Positions 12,043-21,138 of a stretch of DNA of 50,209 nucleotides are shown in pieces. How positions within the stretch are numbered: the stretch's first letter is position 1; every line of letters starts with the position of its first letter. The notes beneath the pieces are model-generated. The model was given only the letters and a program-made list of their open reading frames with translations, was not told the origin of the DNA and did not search any database. This DNA comes from an uncultured Candidatus Saccharibacteria bacterium (GTDB taxonomy: Bacteria > Patescibacteriota > WWE3 > 9FT-COMBO-53-11). The stretch covers positions 1,568 to 51,776 of the forward strand of contig CAYGCK010000004.1 of NCBI GenBank assembly GCA_964348395.1, written 5' to 3'. A program made the position numbers and the translations under genes.

Positions 12043-12925
12043 GTGGAATAAGACCACATGTAAGATGTATGATTTAAGAAGTATGCGTCGCTCTGGACAA
12101 GCTCTGATACTTATTCTTCTGGTGATGGCGGTTGCCTTGACTCTTGGAGTGTCCGTCGCCTCCCGCTCCATCACAACCTTGAGGCAGGTTACCTTTTCCG
12201 ACCAATCGGCAAAGTCTTTAGCGTTTGCAGAGGCGGGGGCCGAGGAAGCCTTAAAGTGCTTGGATGACGGCAGCTGCAGCGCCCCATATGACCCCCCGGC
12301 TGTGGATCTCGATGGGGACGGGAACAACGACTTTGATTATCAAGTTTCGGTTATGGGGCAATCGGCGGTTTACGATGAGTTACCGCCTATAGAGCGAGAT
12401 AAAACCATTGAGGTTAGCCTTGCCAATTACCCCCGCGACACGCAAGTTCGGGTTTATTGGGTCGACCGCAACGTTTCGGACCAGCTAAACGCTTCATCTG
12501 GCATGGAGGTATCGTTGGTTTATTGCAACGACGACGGGGCAACCTGTACAACCGGAAACTATAAAATTCTAAGAAATGCCTACGATACGGTGGCGACCCG
12601 CACAAACGGAGTTCCAAAGGTCACGCTCGGTAACTATACAGTGGGGGCAACCACCTATGGGTATCGAGTATCGATCGTTCCGCCGGGTGGTAAATACCCG
12701 ATTCTCCTTCGTCTTCGCGTTCTTTACGCTACCGAGGCGGTTTCCATCGCCGTTGAAGCGGCTGGGGGTGCCATACTCCCAACGCAGGGGGCGAAGGTTG
12801 AGTCGACCGGCTTTTTTGGCCAGGTAAGGCGCAAGGTCGAGGTGGTGTGGACCAACCCCGCGCTTTCAGAGCTTTTTGATTTCGGTATCTTCTCCGGCTC
12901 CGAATCCGATCCTCTGACGAAGTAA
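12035..12925 (+). CDS. PilX-like minor pilin
   Basis: SG|QALILILLVM (no E5), AEAGAEEAL, STG...RRKVEV. Confidence 0.85.
   Translation: MNEWNKTTCKMYDLRSMRRSGQALILILLVMAVALTLGVSVASRSITTLRQVTFSDQSAKSLAFAEAGAEEALKCLDDGSCSAPYDPPAVDLDGDGNNDFDYQVSVMGQSAVYDELPPIERDKTIEVSLANYPRDTQVRVYWVDRNVSDQLNASSGMEVSLVYCNDDGATCTTGNYKILRNAYDTVATRTNGVPKVTLGNYTVGATTYGYRVSIVPPGGKYPILLRLRVLYATEAVSIAVEAAGGAILPTQGAKVESTGFFGQVRRKVEVVWTNPALSELFDFGIFSGSESDPLTK
12889..12924. repeat. 36-bp direct repeat, copy 1 (3' end of pilX-like gene)
   Basis: cttctccggctccgaatccgatcctctgacgaagta; 34/36 identical to 14593-14628. Confidence 0.95.
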
Positions 12926-12937
12926 GACCCTATAATT

Positions 12938-12966
12938 TGACGCTATCTTGTTCTGGATATAGAATT
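12938..12966 (+). promoter_or_regulatory. Putative sigma70 promoter of the inserted cassette
   Basis: TTGACG ... TAGAAT just inside the repeat; boundaries approximate. Confidence 0.5.
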
Positions 12967-13065
12967 TAGGTAAAGCCAATATCAGTGAAAGAAGGAGGTG
13001 AGATTTAACCCTTAGCTCGGCTTGATATCCGTTACTGAGTTTCCCACTCCAAAGAGGAGGGAGCA

Positions 13066-13236
13066 ATGGGACCAAAGGATAAGCAGTATATCACCTCAGA
13101 TCAGAGACCGCTTGACGACTGGAGGGAAGCCACCAAGAGCGAAGGTGCTCGCGAAGAGGGTTTAGGGAACGAGGATTGTCGCGATTGGGATGCCATCGAC
13201 GATGCTGCCGACCAGGGATACGATGGTAGCGAATAA
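13066..13236 (+). CDS. Small acidic peptide (56 aa), unknown function
   Basis: GAGGAGGGAG SD before ATG; MGPKDKQYITSDQRPLDDWREATKSEGAREEGLGNEDCRDWDAIDDAADQGYDGSE*. Confidence 0.6.
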   Translation: MGPKDKQYITSDQRPLDDWREATKSEGAREEGLGNEDCRDWDAIDDAADQGYDGSE

Positions 13237-13323
13237 CCCGCCTGGGAGCAAGTTCACAAGACTTGCTCCTTCGTCTTTCTTCACGGTTAGGAAAGTAATT
13301 TCTTTAGTGTAAACTAAATTAGC

Positions 13324-14592
13324 GTGTACCAAATTACCACTCTCAAAAACGGAATGAAGATTGTAACTCATGAGCATAAAGATGCTCAGACGGTTTTTGT
13401 TGAGATTCAATTCAAAGCTGGGGCAAAGTATTCGTCGAGGGGTAAAGAAGGTATAGCACACTTTACCGAGCACGTTGTGATGAACGGCAGTCCTAAATAT
13501 CCATCAGGCCTTAAAGTTAGAGAAGCAGTCGAGCAGTTGGGAGGGCGAATCAATGGTCGCACGGGTAGTGAGACTGTCAGCTATTGGATCAAGTTGTCCG
13601 CTGATGATCTTGAAAAAGGATTAGATATTCTCTTTTCTATAACTAGCTCACCATTACTTAATGAAAAAGAGGCAAAGGGTGAACGCAAAATAATCCTCGA
13701 GGAAATTGCGAGAATGCACGATGCTCCTATGCGAAGAGTAGTAAATGCCCTTTTTGGAACTATATACAAAGACCACACACTTGGTCTACCTGTTATAGGG
13801 CACGTGAGAACTATTAAAGAGGTGGGAGTTAGCGATATCAAGAAGTTCTTCAATGCGTATTACACCCCACCGAACGCAATTGTGAGTGTTGCAGGTCGGA
13901 TAAGCCATGAGGAAATAGTTAGACTAACGCAAAATTACTTTGGGAATCAGAAGAAAAACAGCCCACCATCCTATACACCATTTCAACTTCAACAAACAGG
14001 GCCGCAAGTAACAGTGTTAAAAGAGAAAACCAAACAGTCAAGGATGGCGTTAGGTTTTACTGGCAAACCGATAACCATTCGAGATTATGCGGTTACGTCG
14101 TTCCTCACCTCGCTTTTGCATTCAAGCGGAAGGCTTTTTAGGAGGTTAAGGGAAGAAGAACAGTTGTCTTATGATATAGGCGCGAGTGCGGTGACAATAA
14201 CAGACCTTCCGTTCTTAATGATTCACGGAGGGTTTACCTACCGCAAAGTAAAGCGAGCGCTTCTCGTGATTTGCGAGGAGTTGCAGAAGGTGAAAGAAAC
14301 AGCGGTGTCAAAGGAGGAGTTTGCGAAACTGAAAAAATCAAAGGAAACTGGACTTCTCTTCGCTCTGGAGAATCCCGAAGGATGGGTAGACTTCGCATTG
14401 GATTGGAATCAACTTATAGGCGAGGTAATCACACCTCAGCGGTGGTTAGAGGAGGTTAGGAGGGTTACTCTAGGGGATGTCCAAAAGCTGGCGCAGGGAA
14501 CTTTTGTGCCCCAAAACGCATTTTTAGCTGCTTCACATCACGAAATTAAACCAGCGGAATTAAAAGAAATTTTACAGGAGGGGTTGTCTTAA
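13324..14592 (+). CDS. M16 family zinc peptidase (pitrilysin/PqqL-like)
   Basis: TLKNGM, GIAHFTEH (HxxEH), ERKIILEE, LFRRLREEEQLSY. Confidence 0.92.
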   Translation: MYQITTLKNGMKIVTHEHKDAQTVFVEIQFKAGAKYSSRGKEGIAHFTEHVVMNGSPKYPSGLKVREAVEQLGGRINGRTGSETVSYWIKLSADDLEKGLDILFSITSSPLLNEKEAKGERKIILEEIARMHDAPMRRVVNALFGTIYKDHTLGLPVIGHVRTIKEVGVSDIKKFFNAYYTPPNAIVSVAGRISHEEIVRLTQNYFGNQKKNSPPSYTPFQLQQTGPQVTVLKEKTKQSRMALGFTGKPITIRDYAVTSFLTSLLHSSGRLFRRLREEEQLSYDIGASAVTITDLPFLMIHGGFTYRKVKRALLVICEELQKVKETAVSKEEFAKLKKSKETGLLFALENPEGWVDFALDWNQLIGEVITPQRWLEEVRRVTLGDVQKLAQGTFVPQNAFLAASHHEIKPAELKEILQEGLS

Positions 14593-14628
14593 CTTCTCCG
14601 GCTCCGAATCCGATCCACCGACGAAGTA
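14593..14628. repeat. 36-bp direct repeat, copy 2 (duplicated pilX-like 3' end)
   Basis: cttctccggctccgaatccgatccaccgacgaagta starts directly after the peptidase TAA. Confidence 0.95.
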
Positions 14629-14646
14629 GGTAGCTTTTTCGCTAAA

Positions 14647-15324
14647 ATGCTAATTAAGGTGTCTAGAAAGCGACTTATCCTTATATTAATTCTGGCCGTA
14701 GAGGCGGTGCTTTTAGTCTTTGGTTACAACTACTGGCAAGAGCAAAATCGGCTTTACGGCGTACTTTCCGGCGTGGAGGAGACCTTAGGTGTAACCTCGT
14801 CCGCTAACTTTAGCCCTTCTTTCCCGTCGTCTTTTGAGACTGTTAGCGGCACCTATGGTCTATCCGTGGTTTCGATGGGAAGAGTTTCCGCGATTGACCT
14901 GAAGAGCGCTCAGAAGAGGGAGGCGGTTGCAAAAGCGGGAGTTTTGGAGGTGGTCACCGTAAATGCAAACGGCAGGACTAAAAAACTGAACCTTGCGGTC
15001 CAGATGGCTTCCGTCGCCGATCCCCAAAGGAACTTGATGCCTTGGGTTGCGGAAAAAGGTGCGGAGCTTGCATCTGTGGAGCTTGCAAGCGCAGATACTA
15101 TGCTAAGCGACACCAAATTAGCCGAGATTTTCCCCGAAGGCAGTTATTTAACGTTCGTACCCTTAACCGACTTGGATAGGGAAGAGATTCAGGAGTCTCT
15201 GCCGGAGTATTTATCCTACGCAAGCCAATACTATGGCGACGCGCTTTCCAAGCTCAAGAGCTTTTTTGACAGCAACCTGTCCGGTAGCTTTAATAAAGTT
15301 ATCCTGGTACTTGACGTCTTTTAA
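14647..15324 (+). CDS. Hypothetical protein with N-terminal membrane anchor
   Basis: Single N-terminal TM; TAATG overlap with next gene. Confidence 0.7.
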   Translation: MLIKVSRKRLILILILAVEAVLLVFGYNYWQEQNRLYGVLSGVEETLGVTSSANFSPSFPSSFETVSGTYGLSVVSMGRVSAIDLKSAQKREAVAKAGVLEVVTVNANGRTKKLNLAVQMASVADPQRNLMPWVAEKGAELASVELASADTMLSDTKLAEIFPEGSYLTFVPLTDLDREEIQESLPEYLSYASQYYGDALSKLKSFFDSNLSGSFNKVILVLDVF

Positions 15325-15809
15325 TGACTAAAAAGAAGTTGGCTTATATCATTTTAATAATCGCCGCCACTGCTGCCGCTGGTTATTTTCTTTGGTGGTA
15401 TGTTTACCTGCCACTCGCGGCCAGAACTCGCGCACCGGCTGGGTCGTTGCTTGAGAGTATCTTGTCCAAAAGAGTAGATTTGGATAACCGAGGCGAGATA
15501 TTTGAAAACGAGGGATACAAGGATAACTACTTTGTGGCGTATGTTACGGGAGTTGGCGTGTCAGCCGAGAAAATCGATATCGAGATAGACCTTGGACATT
15601 CAGGTGATACCCACGCAACTGAAAAGAAAACGGTGTCTGTTCAATGCCCTCCGGATAAAACAACCATAGCGTCCTCAGGGTTTGATACGTTAACCCAAGG
15701 GATTACCCTTCTTGACGAGGTCGAAGTGGACGACGTAATTTGGACCTATTGTTTAGACGATTTCTGCAGCGAAATAGGAAAAGAATGCATTCTAATGAAG
15801 AGTGAATAA
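15324..15809 (+). CDS. Membrane-anchored exported protein with 4 Cys, paralog of 17272-17796
   Basis: EGYKDNYFVA...EVEVDDVIWTYCLDDFC..IGKECIL. Confidence 0.75.
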   Translation: MTKKKLAYIILIIAATAAAGYFLWWYVYLPLAARTRAPAGSLLESILSKRVDLDNRGEIFENEGYKDNYFVAYVTGVGVSAEKIDIEIDLGHSGDTHATEKKTVSVQCPPDKTTIASSGFDTLTQGITLLDEVEVDDVIWTYCLDDFCSEIGKECILMKSE

Positions 15810-15893
15810 CACCCTCCCCCATTTGCTTTTTGTGTTCAACTCCTATATACTATAGGGTTAGAAAACCAAATCTGAAAGAAAGGAGATAGAGAG

Positions 15894-17177
15894 ATGCGCA
15901 AGTTAACGTTTTTGCTGATTTTGCCGGTTTTGTTTTTGGTCGGTTGCCAGCGTGTGGAAGCGGTCGTTCCTTCCCCAACGGTGGAGGAACCGACGGTAAC
16001 GGTGGTTTCACCTACCGCTACACCAGAACCGACCGTAATTCCAACCGAGGTACCCACCAAGGTGCCGACGCAGATTCCAACCCCCACGGCCACACCAGAG
16101 CCTTCGGCTTGGGATATCGTCGACCAGATGTTTTCGGAGTGTGCAGCGTTGCCTCGATGGGGCAAGTCCACATGGGATCGCTACGAGCTTCAACTGCGCG
16201 ACCAGATGCTGGCGGCGCATCCGGAATGGGACACCCGAGGGTACGTAAGAAATTACGGCATCGGGAGACTGTTTGCCCAGGACGGAAACGAGTGGAGTTG
16301 GATAGCTAACACAGATACCCTTGAAATGAGGGACTATCCAAACCCCTTCAGCTTCGCCGATCTTCCAGATGGGAGTGCCGACACGGGCCTACGACCTGAG
16401 GACTGCGCGATGTACATCCTGGTCTACGAGAAGGTGCCGGAGAACGGCGACGGAGACGGAGTCATCGTGGGTGAGGCCTACCTCTTCTATGAAGTTGGCG
16501 GGCAAGATCCTCTCATCTTCGACGGCGAACTTAGGGAGCTTCGCTTCAGCATGCCACCGTTTGAGGAGCAGGACGGGTTTCGGCAGCTGTACGATGCTGT
16601 CGAGGGAGCCGTAGGAAAGGGCTGCCTGAGAGTGGCGACAATGCCACAATATAGTGATGAAGCTGGGCTCGAGGCGTTCAATGACTGGTTTGGTGAGTAC
16701 ACCACTTGGGTCATACTGGAGGTGGTGGGAGAAGTACCGCTCCGGGACAGGTGGTTGACATTTCTCGCGCCTGAAAATGCCCAACCACAATGTGTGATCC
16801 TGCTCTACCGCAACCCAACCGGAGAAGTGTTCCTGATCTACGAGATCGAGGGCGGGTTTGAGACGGTTTCCTTGGGCACACTTGCGTACGACCCATTCGC
16901 GGCGCTTTACCCGTCCGACGATCAGCCGGTTTCGACTCCTTCGTCGCAATGCCAACCGCCGACAGGTAGGTGGTTAAACGAGGAGGACCCGATACGGGTT
17001 TACGCCGAGCCGGATATCTCAAGCCCTGTGGTGGAAGAAATTCCGCTGCAAGACTTAGAGAGTGTCGGGTTTGGGCCCGAAGGTCCGGTCTGTCAGGCCG
17101 GATATGTTTGGCTACCGGTTTGGTCGGAAGAAGAACTCGAGACCGTTGGCTGGGTGTGGAGTGAACCGTACCCGTAA
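15894..17177 (+). CDS. Lipoprotein with Pro/Thr linker, internal repeat and SH3-like C-terminus
   Basis: Lipobox LVGC; PTATPEPT linker; SD AAGAAAGGAGA; C-terminal RVYAEPDISSPVV...GPVCQAGYVWLPV...GWV. Confidence 0.8.
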   Translation: MRKLTFLLILPVLFLVGCQRVEAVVPSPTVEEPTVTVVSPTATPEPTVIPTEVPTKVPTQIPTPTATPEPSAWDIVDQMFSECAALPRWGKSTWDRYELQLRDQMLAAHPEWDTRGYVRNYGIGRLFAQDGNEWSWIANTDTLEMRDYPNPFSFADLPDGSADTGLRPEDCAMYILVYEKVPENGDGDGVIVGEAYLFYEVGGQDPLIFDGELRELRFSMPPFEEQDGFRQLYDAVEGAVGKGCLRVATMPQYSDEAGLEAFNDWFGEYTTWVILEVVGEVPLRDRWLTFLAPENAQPQCVILLYRNPTGEVFLIYEIEGGFETVSLGTLAYDPFAALYPSDDQPVSTPSSQCQPPTGRWLNEEDPIRVYAEPDISSPVVEEIPLQDLESVGFGPEGPVCQAGYVWLPVWSEEELETVGWVWSEPYP

Positions 17178-17271
17178 GGAGAGTTGTACACAAGCCGATT
17201 GGCGTTAAAGCTGATCGGCTTTTCTCTTTCCTTGAAGCCGACGTGCGGTTTCCCTTATTATAGGAGTAGTC

Positions 17272-17796
17272 ATGTCCGGCAGGTGGTTTTCCATTATTTT
17301 AGGGGTATTGGCTATTTTAGGCGCCGCCGCTATTGTCTTCTTCTTTTTCGAATGGGATATTCGAAGCTATTTAGCAACTGGGGGGGAGCCGACAAACTCT
17401 GAAGACTCAACTTCCCAAAACACGCTCCTTTCCGTAGCTTTATCTGGTGATACTGACTTAACTCAACAAACCGCCAAATTAAAAGCAGAGGGGTTTAAGG
17501 ACAACTACATTGTTGCCGATATAACCTCGATTGACAAATCCGGGGACAAGTTGGGACTTAATATAAATCTTCCAAGCACCGAAGGTTTCGAGACCCAAGA
17601 CGTAACAGCAACGACTGAGTGCACTACACAAAACACTACTTCTGTCTCCAGAGACGACTACAGCGTTTTGAGTGAGAACGCGGAGCTTTTTGAGGAAGTC
17701 GAAGTCGGAGACGTTCTCTGGGCCTACTGTTTGGACGATTCTTGCGGGGTAGTGGGTAGGGAGTGTGTTCTGGTGAAAGTAACCGGTGAAGAGTAG
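17272..17796 (+). CDS. Membrane-anchored exported protein with 4 Cys, paralog of 15324-15809
   Basis: EGFKDNYIVA...EVEVGDVLWAYCLDDSC..VGRECVL. Confidence 0.75.
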   Translation: MSGRWFSIILGVLAILGAAAIVFFFFEWDIRSYLATGGEPTNSEDSTSQNTLLSVALSGDTDLTQQTAKLKAEGFKDNYIVADITSIDKSGDKLGLNINLPSTEGFETQDVTATTECTTQNTTSVSRDDYSVLSENAELFEEVEVGDVLWAYCLDDSCGVVGRECVLVKVTGEE

Positions 17797-19876
17797 AAAT
17801 CTAGACCTAAAAAAATTAGTCTTATTTAGTCTTTCCCTTCTGATTTTTATCCTTTTAGCTCTTTATTTGCGCAGCGGTTCATCTAGCGTTCTTGCCGCCC
17901 AGTGCGCTCCGGGGGAATGCGGCGGGGGTTACGAATGCCAATACGGGACGATGTGCTGTACAGGGGCCGGGTGTCCTTCTTGGTCCTGCGAAAACAATAC
18001 TTCTTGTGAGTGGAAAGGCGGCAAATGCAGAAAGGATTACTCGTGTTTGAAGGGGGAAAGATATTGGGACTCGACCTGCAACTGGCACAGCGGTTACTGG
18101 CACAGACACTGTTATTACTGGTGGTGCGGTAGCTGGCATTACCATCCCGGATATTGGAGCGGATGTTGGAAATGGCGTAGCTATTGGGATACCTGTACGT
18201 ATTACTGTTCCTATCCTTCCGGAACCTGTAGCTGGTGCACCGGTGAAGGAGATGATGGAGGCCCTGGTGGAGGAGGTTGTTCCTGGGGGTCAAATGTTTC
18301 CCCAGCCTCTTGTACTCAAGCCAACGGGCTGTTTGGCCACTACTATCGCGACGATCCGGTCGGTGGGAACCGCTTCGACGGCGGATTGAAACACGAGCGC
18401 AATGACTCCCAAGTAAACTTCAACTGGGGCAACGGGTCTCCCTATTGCGACGCAATTGATGAGGACCATTTCTCCGTTCTTTGGGATGGGTATATAAACC
18501 TCTCCTCATCCGGCAACTGGCGGTTTGGCGCGACCTCCAATGACGGGTTTGCTATTGATATAGAGCTAACCCCCGGGGTTTGGACTCGGGTTTTCTCTGA
18601 CTGGAGTAACCACAGTGCCCGTACGCGTTGGGGCTCATGGCGAAGCATCGACGCTGGCTGGTACGGAATAAGAGTTTGGTATTACGATAATACGGGGGAT
18701 GCTGTGGCTCGCCTTCGCTATCAAGGTCCTGGATTGGGGGCGCAAATCGTTCCCTCGGCGGCCCTTAGAACCTGCTCGGCGCCAATACAGGGACCAACTA
18801 ACCCTAACGTTACTAACCTGACCTCCTCATCCGCCCAGCTCAACTGGACTCGAGGATCCGGCGGAACCAAACAACTTCTTAGGGTTGGAACGGATCAGGC
18901 AAAAGTCGAATCCGGATGCCCCGACGGCGTTGGCCTGGGGACCGGGTGTGTGATAAAAGAAGACAATATCACAACCTGCGACCCCGGTACACCCTGCACC
19001 TATTCAACCGGAAGTGTATTAGAACCTGCTACTACCTACTACTGGAGAGTTATCGAGTGGTTGGACGCTTCATCGTGGGCTGACTTTGGCTCTACTCCAT
19101 CCTTTACGACTCCGGCCGACCCGTGGTTTAAGGTTACGGGTGGAGATATCCACGCCAACGCCTTGCTTTCCATCTCCCGAACCATTCCCGACGGCGAGTA
19201 CAACGGAGAATTCCTTGTCTCCTCCAAATCAACCATCGGCACGAACATTAAAAGCGGTCAAGATTGGATTTGTCCCCTTTACCCGGAAGGAGATCTAGAC
19301 CCGATAGACAACTCCGGTATATCGGTCCCCGACTACGACGCCCTCTGGCAACGGTTTGGTAAAAATCCCATAACTTTAGGTACAATCCCAGCGGGAGGAA
19401 CTCTGCAAAACGACAGAGTTTACCGAATAACCTCCTCAAACACCATAAACGGTGTCTACAACGTCCCCGTCTCAACTTCGGTCTTGATGTTCATAGACGG
19501 AACTTTGACCATTGGTGGCGAGATCAGAGTTCCCCAATCATCCTCCCTTATCTTTATCGCTCGAGATCAAATTCGAATAGAAAAACAGCTCGCAGGAGGA
19601 GGCCCGGCGGACGATGCTATCCAAGCCGGACTCATTGCAGGAGGAGACATCAACACCGCCTACGACCGCTCAAGCCCGATAGAAGTCCACCGTCAGTTCG
19701 TCTCAACCGGTCCTCTTATCTCCCTTGGTGGAACCGTCCGTCTCTACCGCAACCTAGGAGATACAGACAACGGCACCACCCCGGCGGAGCTCATAAGCCT
19801 TGACCCCAAATACTTTTCTTTGCAGAGAACCCTCCTCGGGCGTCCTCGAATTTTCTGGCGGGAGGTAGTCCCTTAA
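17786..19876 (+). CDS. Large exported adhesin-like protein: Cys/Trp-rich N-terminus, PA14 domain, FN3-like domain, C-terminal beta-rich domain
   Basis: Signal/TM; NGLFGHYY..VNFNWGNGSP..DHFSVLWDGYI..SNDG..YYDNTG (PA14-like); PTNPNVTNLTSSSAQLNW..LEPATTYYWRV (FN3-like); ends WREVVP. Confidence 0.8.
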   Translation: MKSRNLDLKKLVLFSLSLLIFILLALYLRSGSSSVLAAQCAPGECGGGYECQYGTMCCTGAGCPSWSCENNTSCEWKGGKCRKDYSCLKGERYWDSTCNWHSGYWHRHCYYWWCGSWHYHPGYWSGCWKWRSYWDTCTYYCSYPSGTCSWCTGEGDDGGPGGGGCSWGSNVSPASCTQANGLFGHYYRDDPVGGNRFDGGLKHERNDSQVNFNWGNGSPYCDAIDEDHFSVLWDGYINLSSSGNWRFGATSNDGFAIDIELTPGVWTRVFSDWSNHSARTRWGSWRSIDAGWYGIRVWYYDNTGDAVARLRYQGPGLGAQIVPSAALRTCSAPIQGPTNPNVTNLTSSSAQLNWTRGSGGTKQLLRVGTDQAKVESGCPDGVGLGTGCVIKEDNITTCDPGTPCTYSTGSVLEPATTYYWRVIEWLDASSWADFGSTPSFTTPADPWFKVTGGDIHANALLSISRTIPDGEYNGEFLVSSKSTIGTNIKSGQDWICPLYPEGDLDPIDNSGISVPDYDALWQRFGKNPITLGTIPAGGTLQNDRVYRITSSNTINGVYNVPVSTSVLMFIDGTLTIGGEIRVPQSSSLIFIARDQIRIEKQLAGGGPADDAIQAGLIAGGDINTAYDRSSPIEVHRQFVSTGPLISLGGTVRLYRNLGDTDNGTTPAELISLDPKYFSLQRTLLGRPRIFWREVVP

Positions 19877-19893
19877 TTTGCTAGAGTAGTATC

Positions 19894-21126
19894 GTGCTAA
19901 ACAGAAATTTCTGGGTTCTTTGGGGAAACCGGGTTTTCACAAGGGTTGCCTACCACCTTGTATTTTTCACTCTTTTAATTTGGGTTTACCAACTGACCTC
20001 TTCAAACGCCGCCGTCTCCTTATATATGATTATGTTTTTTCTGGCTTCCGTAACTTTTTCGCTTATTGCGGGGGTGGCCTCGGACACCTTCGACAGGAGA
20101 AAAATTATGATATTTGCCAACCTTGTTTGGGGGCTGCTTGTGCTTGCTTTTATACCGGCGAAGGAGAGTTTCCCTCTCGTTCTTGCGGTAACTCTAGCAA
20201 CCCAGGCACTTGACGAGTTTTTTAGCCCCTCTCAAGGAGCATCCCTTCCTCAGCTTGTCGAGAACAAGAAACTTTTAACCGCAAATTCTTGGTTTTATAT
20301 AGCAACCTACGCTGCAAGCTTTGCTGGATACTTTTTGAGCGGCGTGCTTCTGAGGTTTTTTGGATATGAGTACCCGTTTATAATCTCGTCGGCTCTTGTT
20401 CTTCTTGGTGCTGCGTTTTCTTTGAGCTTGCCCCCGCTTAAAACAAGACGGCGCTCCGTGAGTCTTACAGAATTTACCCGTACGGTTTTGAAGAGGTTGC
20501 TCGAGCAGTGGAAGTTTCTTCTTAAAAATCGAAACATAGCTTCCACGATGGTTGTCATGGCGGCGGTCGTTTCCGGAGCTGCTTCCGCTGGGGCTTTGGC
20601 TCCCGGTTTTAGCGAGCAGGTTCTGAAGATAGATGCCAGAGACTTAAGCTTTATTGGGGTCTTACCTCTGGGGCTGGGGCTTCTGACCGGAGCATTTATC
20701 CTGAGCCGCTTCGGAAAGCTGTGGGAGGTTTGGGAGAGCGTCTTGGTATTTGGTCTGGTCCTTCTTCTTCTCACCGTCAGCCCGACTTTGAGGGTACAAC
20801 TTGCAAACCACATCACAACCCCGCAGGCCTTCGAGAGAATACCGTTCTACTCCTTATCCATATTTGCTCTTGTATTTTTCTTAGGGATTGCCGCGTCTAC
20901 CGTCGCAATACCAATAATAACCTCTATCCAGCGCATGACCCCTAAAGGTAATTTGGGTAGAACCTTTGGATCTATGGGTATGCTCGCGGCGATTTTTACC
21001 TCTTTGATGACCCTTACCACTGGGGCGTTGGCCGATTTCTTTTCCCCGGCGCTACCAGTCGTTGCGATAGGGATTTTTGCGGTTGTTGTGGGTTTCTGGA
21101 TTAGATACCGTGTCGTCATTGGGTAA
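19894..21126 (+). CDS. MFS transporter (DHA3/MefA-like)
   Basis: About 12 TMs; AGVASDTFDRRKIM motif A. Confidence 0.9.
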   Translation: MLNRNFWVLWGNRVFTRVAYHLVFFTLLIWVYQLTSSNAAVSLYMIMFFLASVTFSLIAGVASDTFDRRKIMIFANLVWGLLVLAFIPAKESFPLVLAVTLATQALDEFFSPSQGASLPQLVENKKLLTANSWFYIATYAASFAGYFLSGVLLRFFGYEYPFIISSALVLLGAAFSLSLPPLKTRRRSVSLTEFTRTVLKRLLEQWKFLLKNRNIASTMVVMAAVVSGAASAGALAPGFSEQVLKIDARDLSFIGVLPLGLGLLTGAFILSRFGKLWEVWESVLVFGLVLLLLTVSPTLRVQLANHITTPQAFERIPFYSLSIFALVFFLGIAASTVAIPIITSIQRMTPKGNLGRTFGSMGMLAAIFTSLMTLTTGALADFFSPALPVVAIGIFAVVVGFWIRYRVVIG

Positions 21127-21138
21127 AATATAAGGTGG

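Noticed and set aside
12987..13016. Strong SD GAAAGAAGGAGGTGA inside the cassette
   Set aside because: No start codon at usable spacing; only a 5-codon frame follows, so no gene called.
15970..16105. Repetitive CCxACx sequence
   Set aside because: Encodes the Pro/Thr linker of the lipoprotein.
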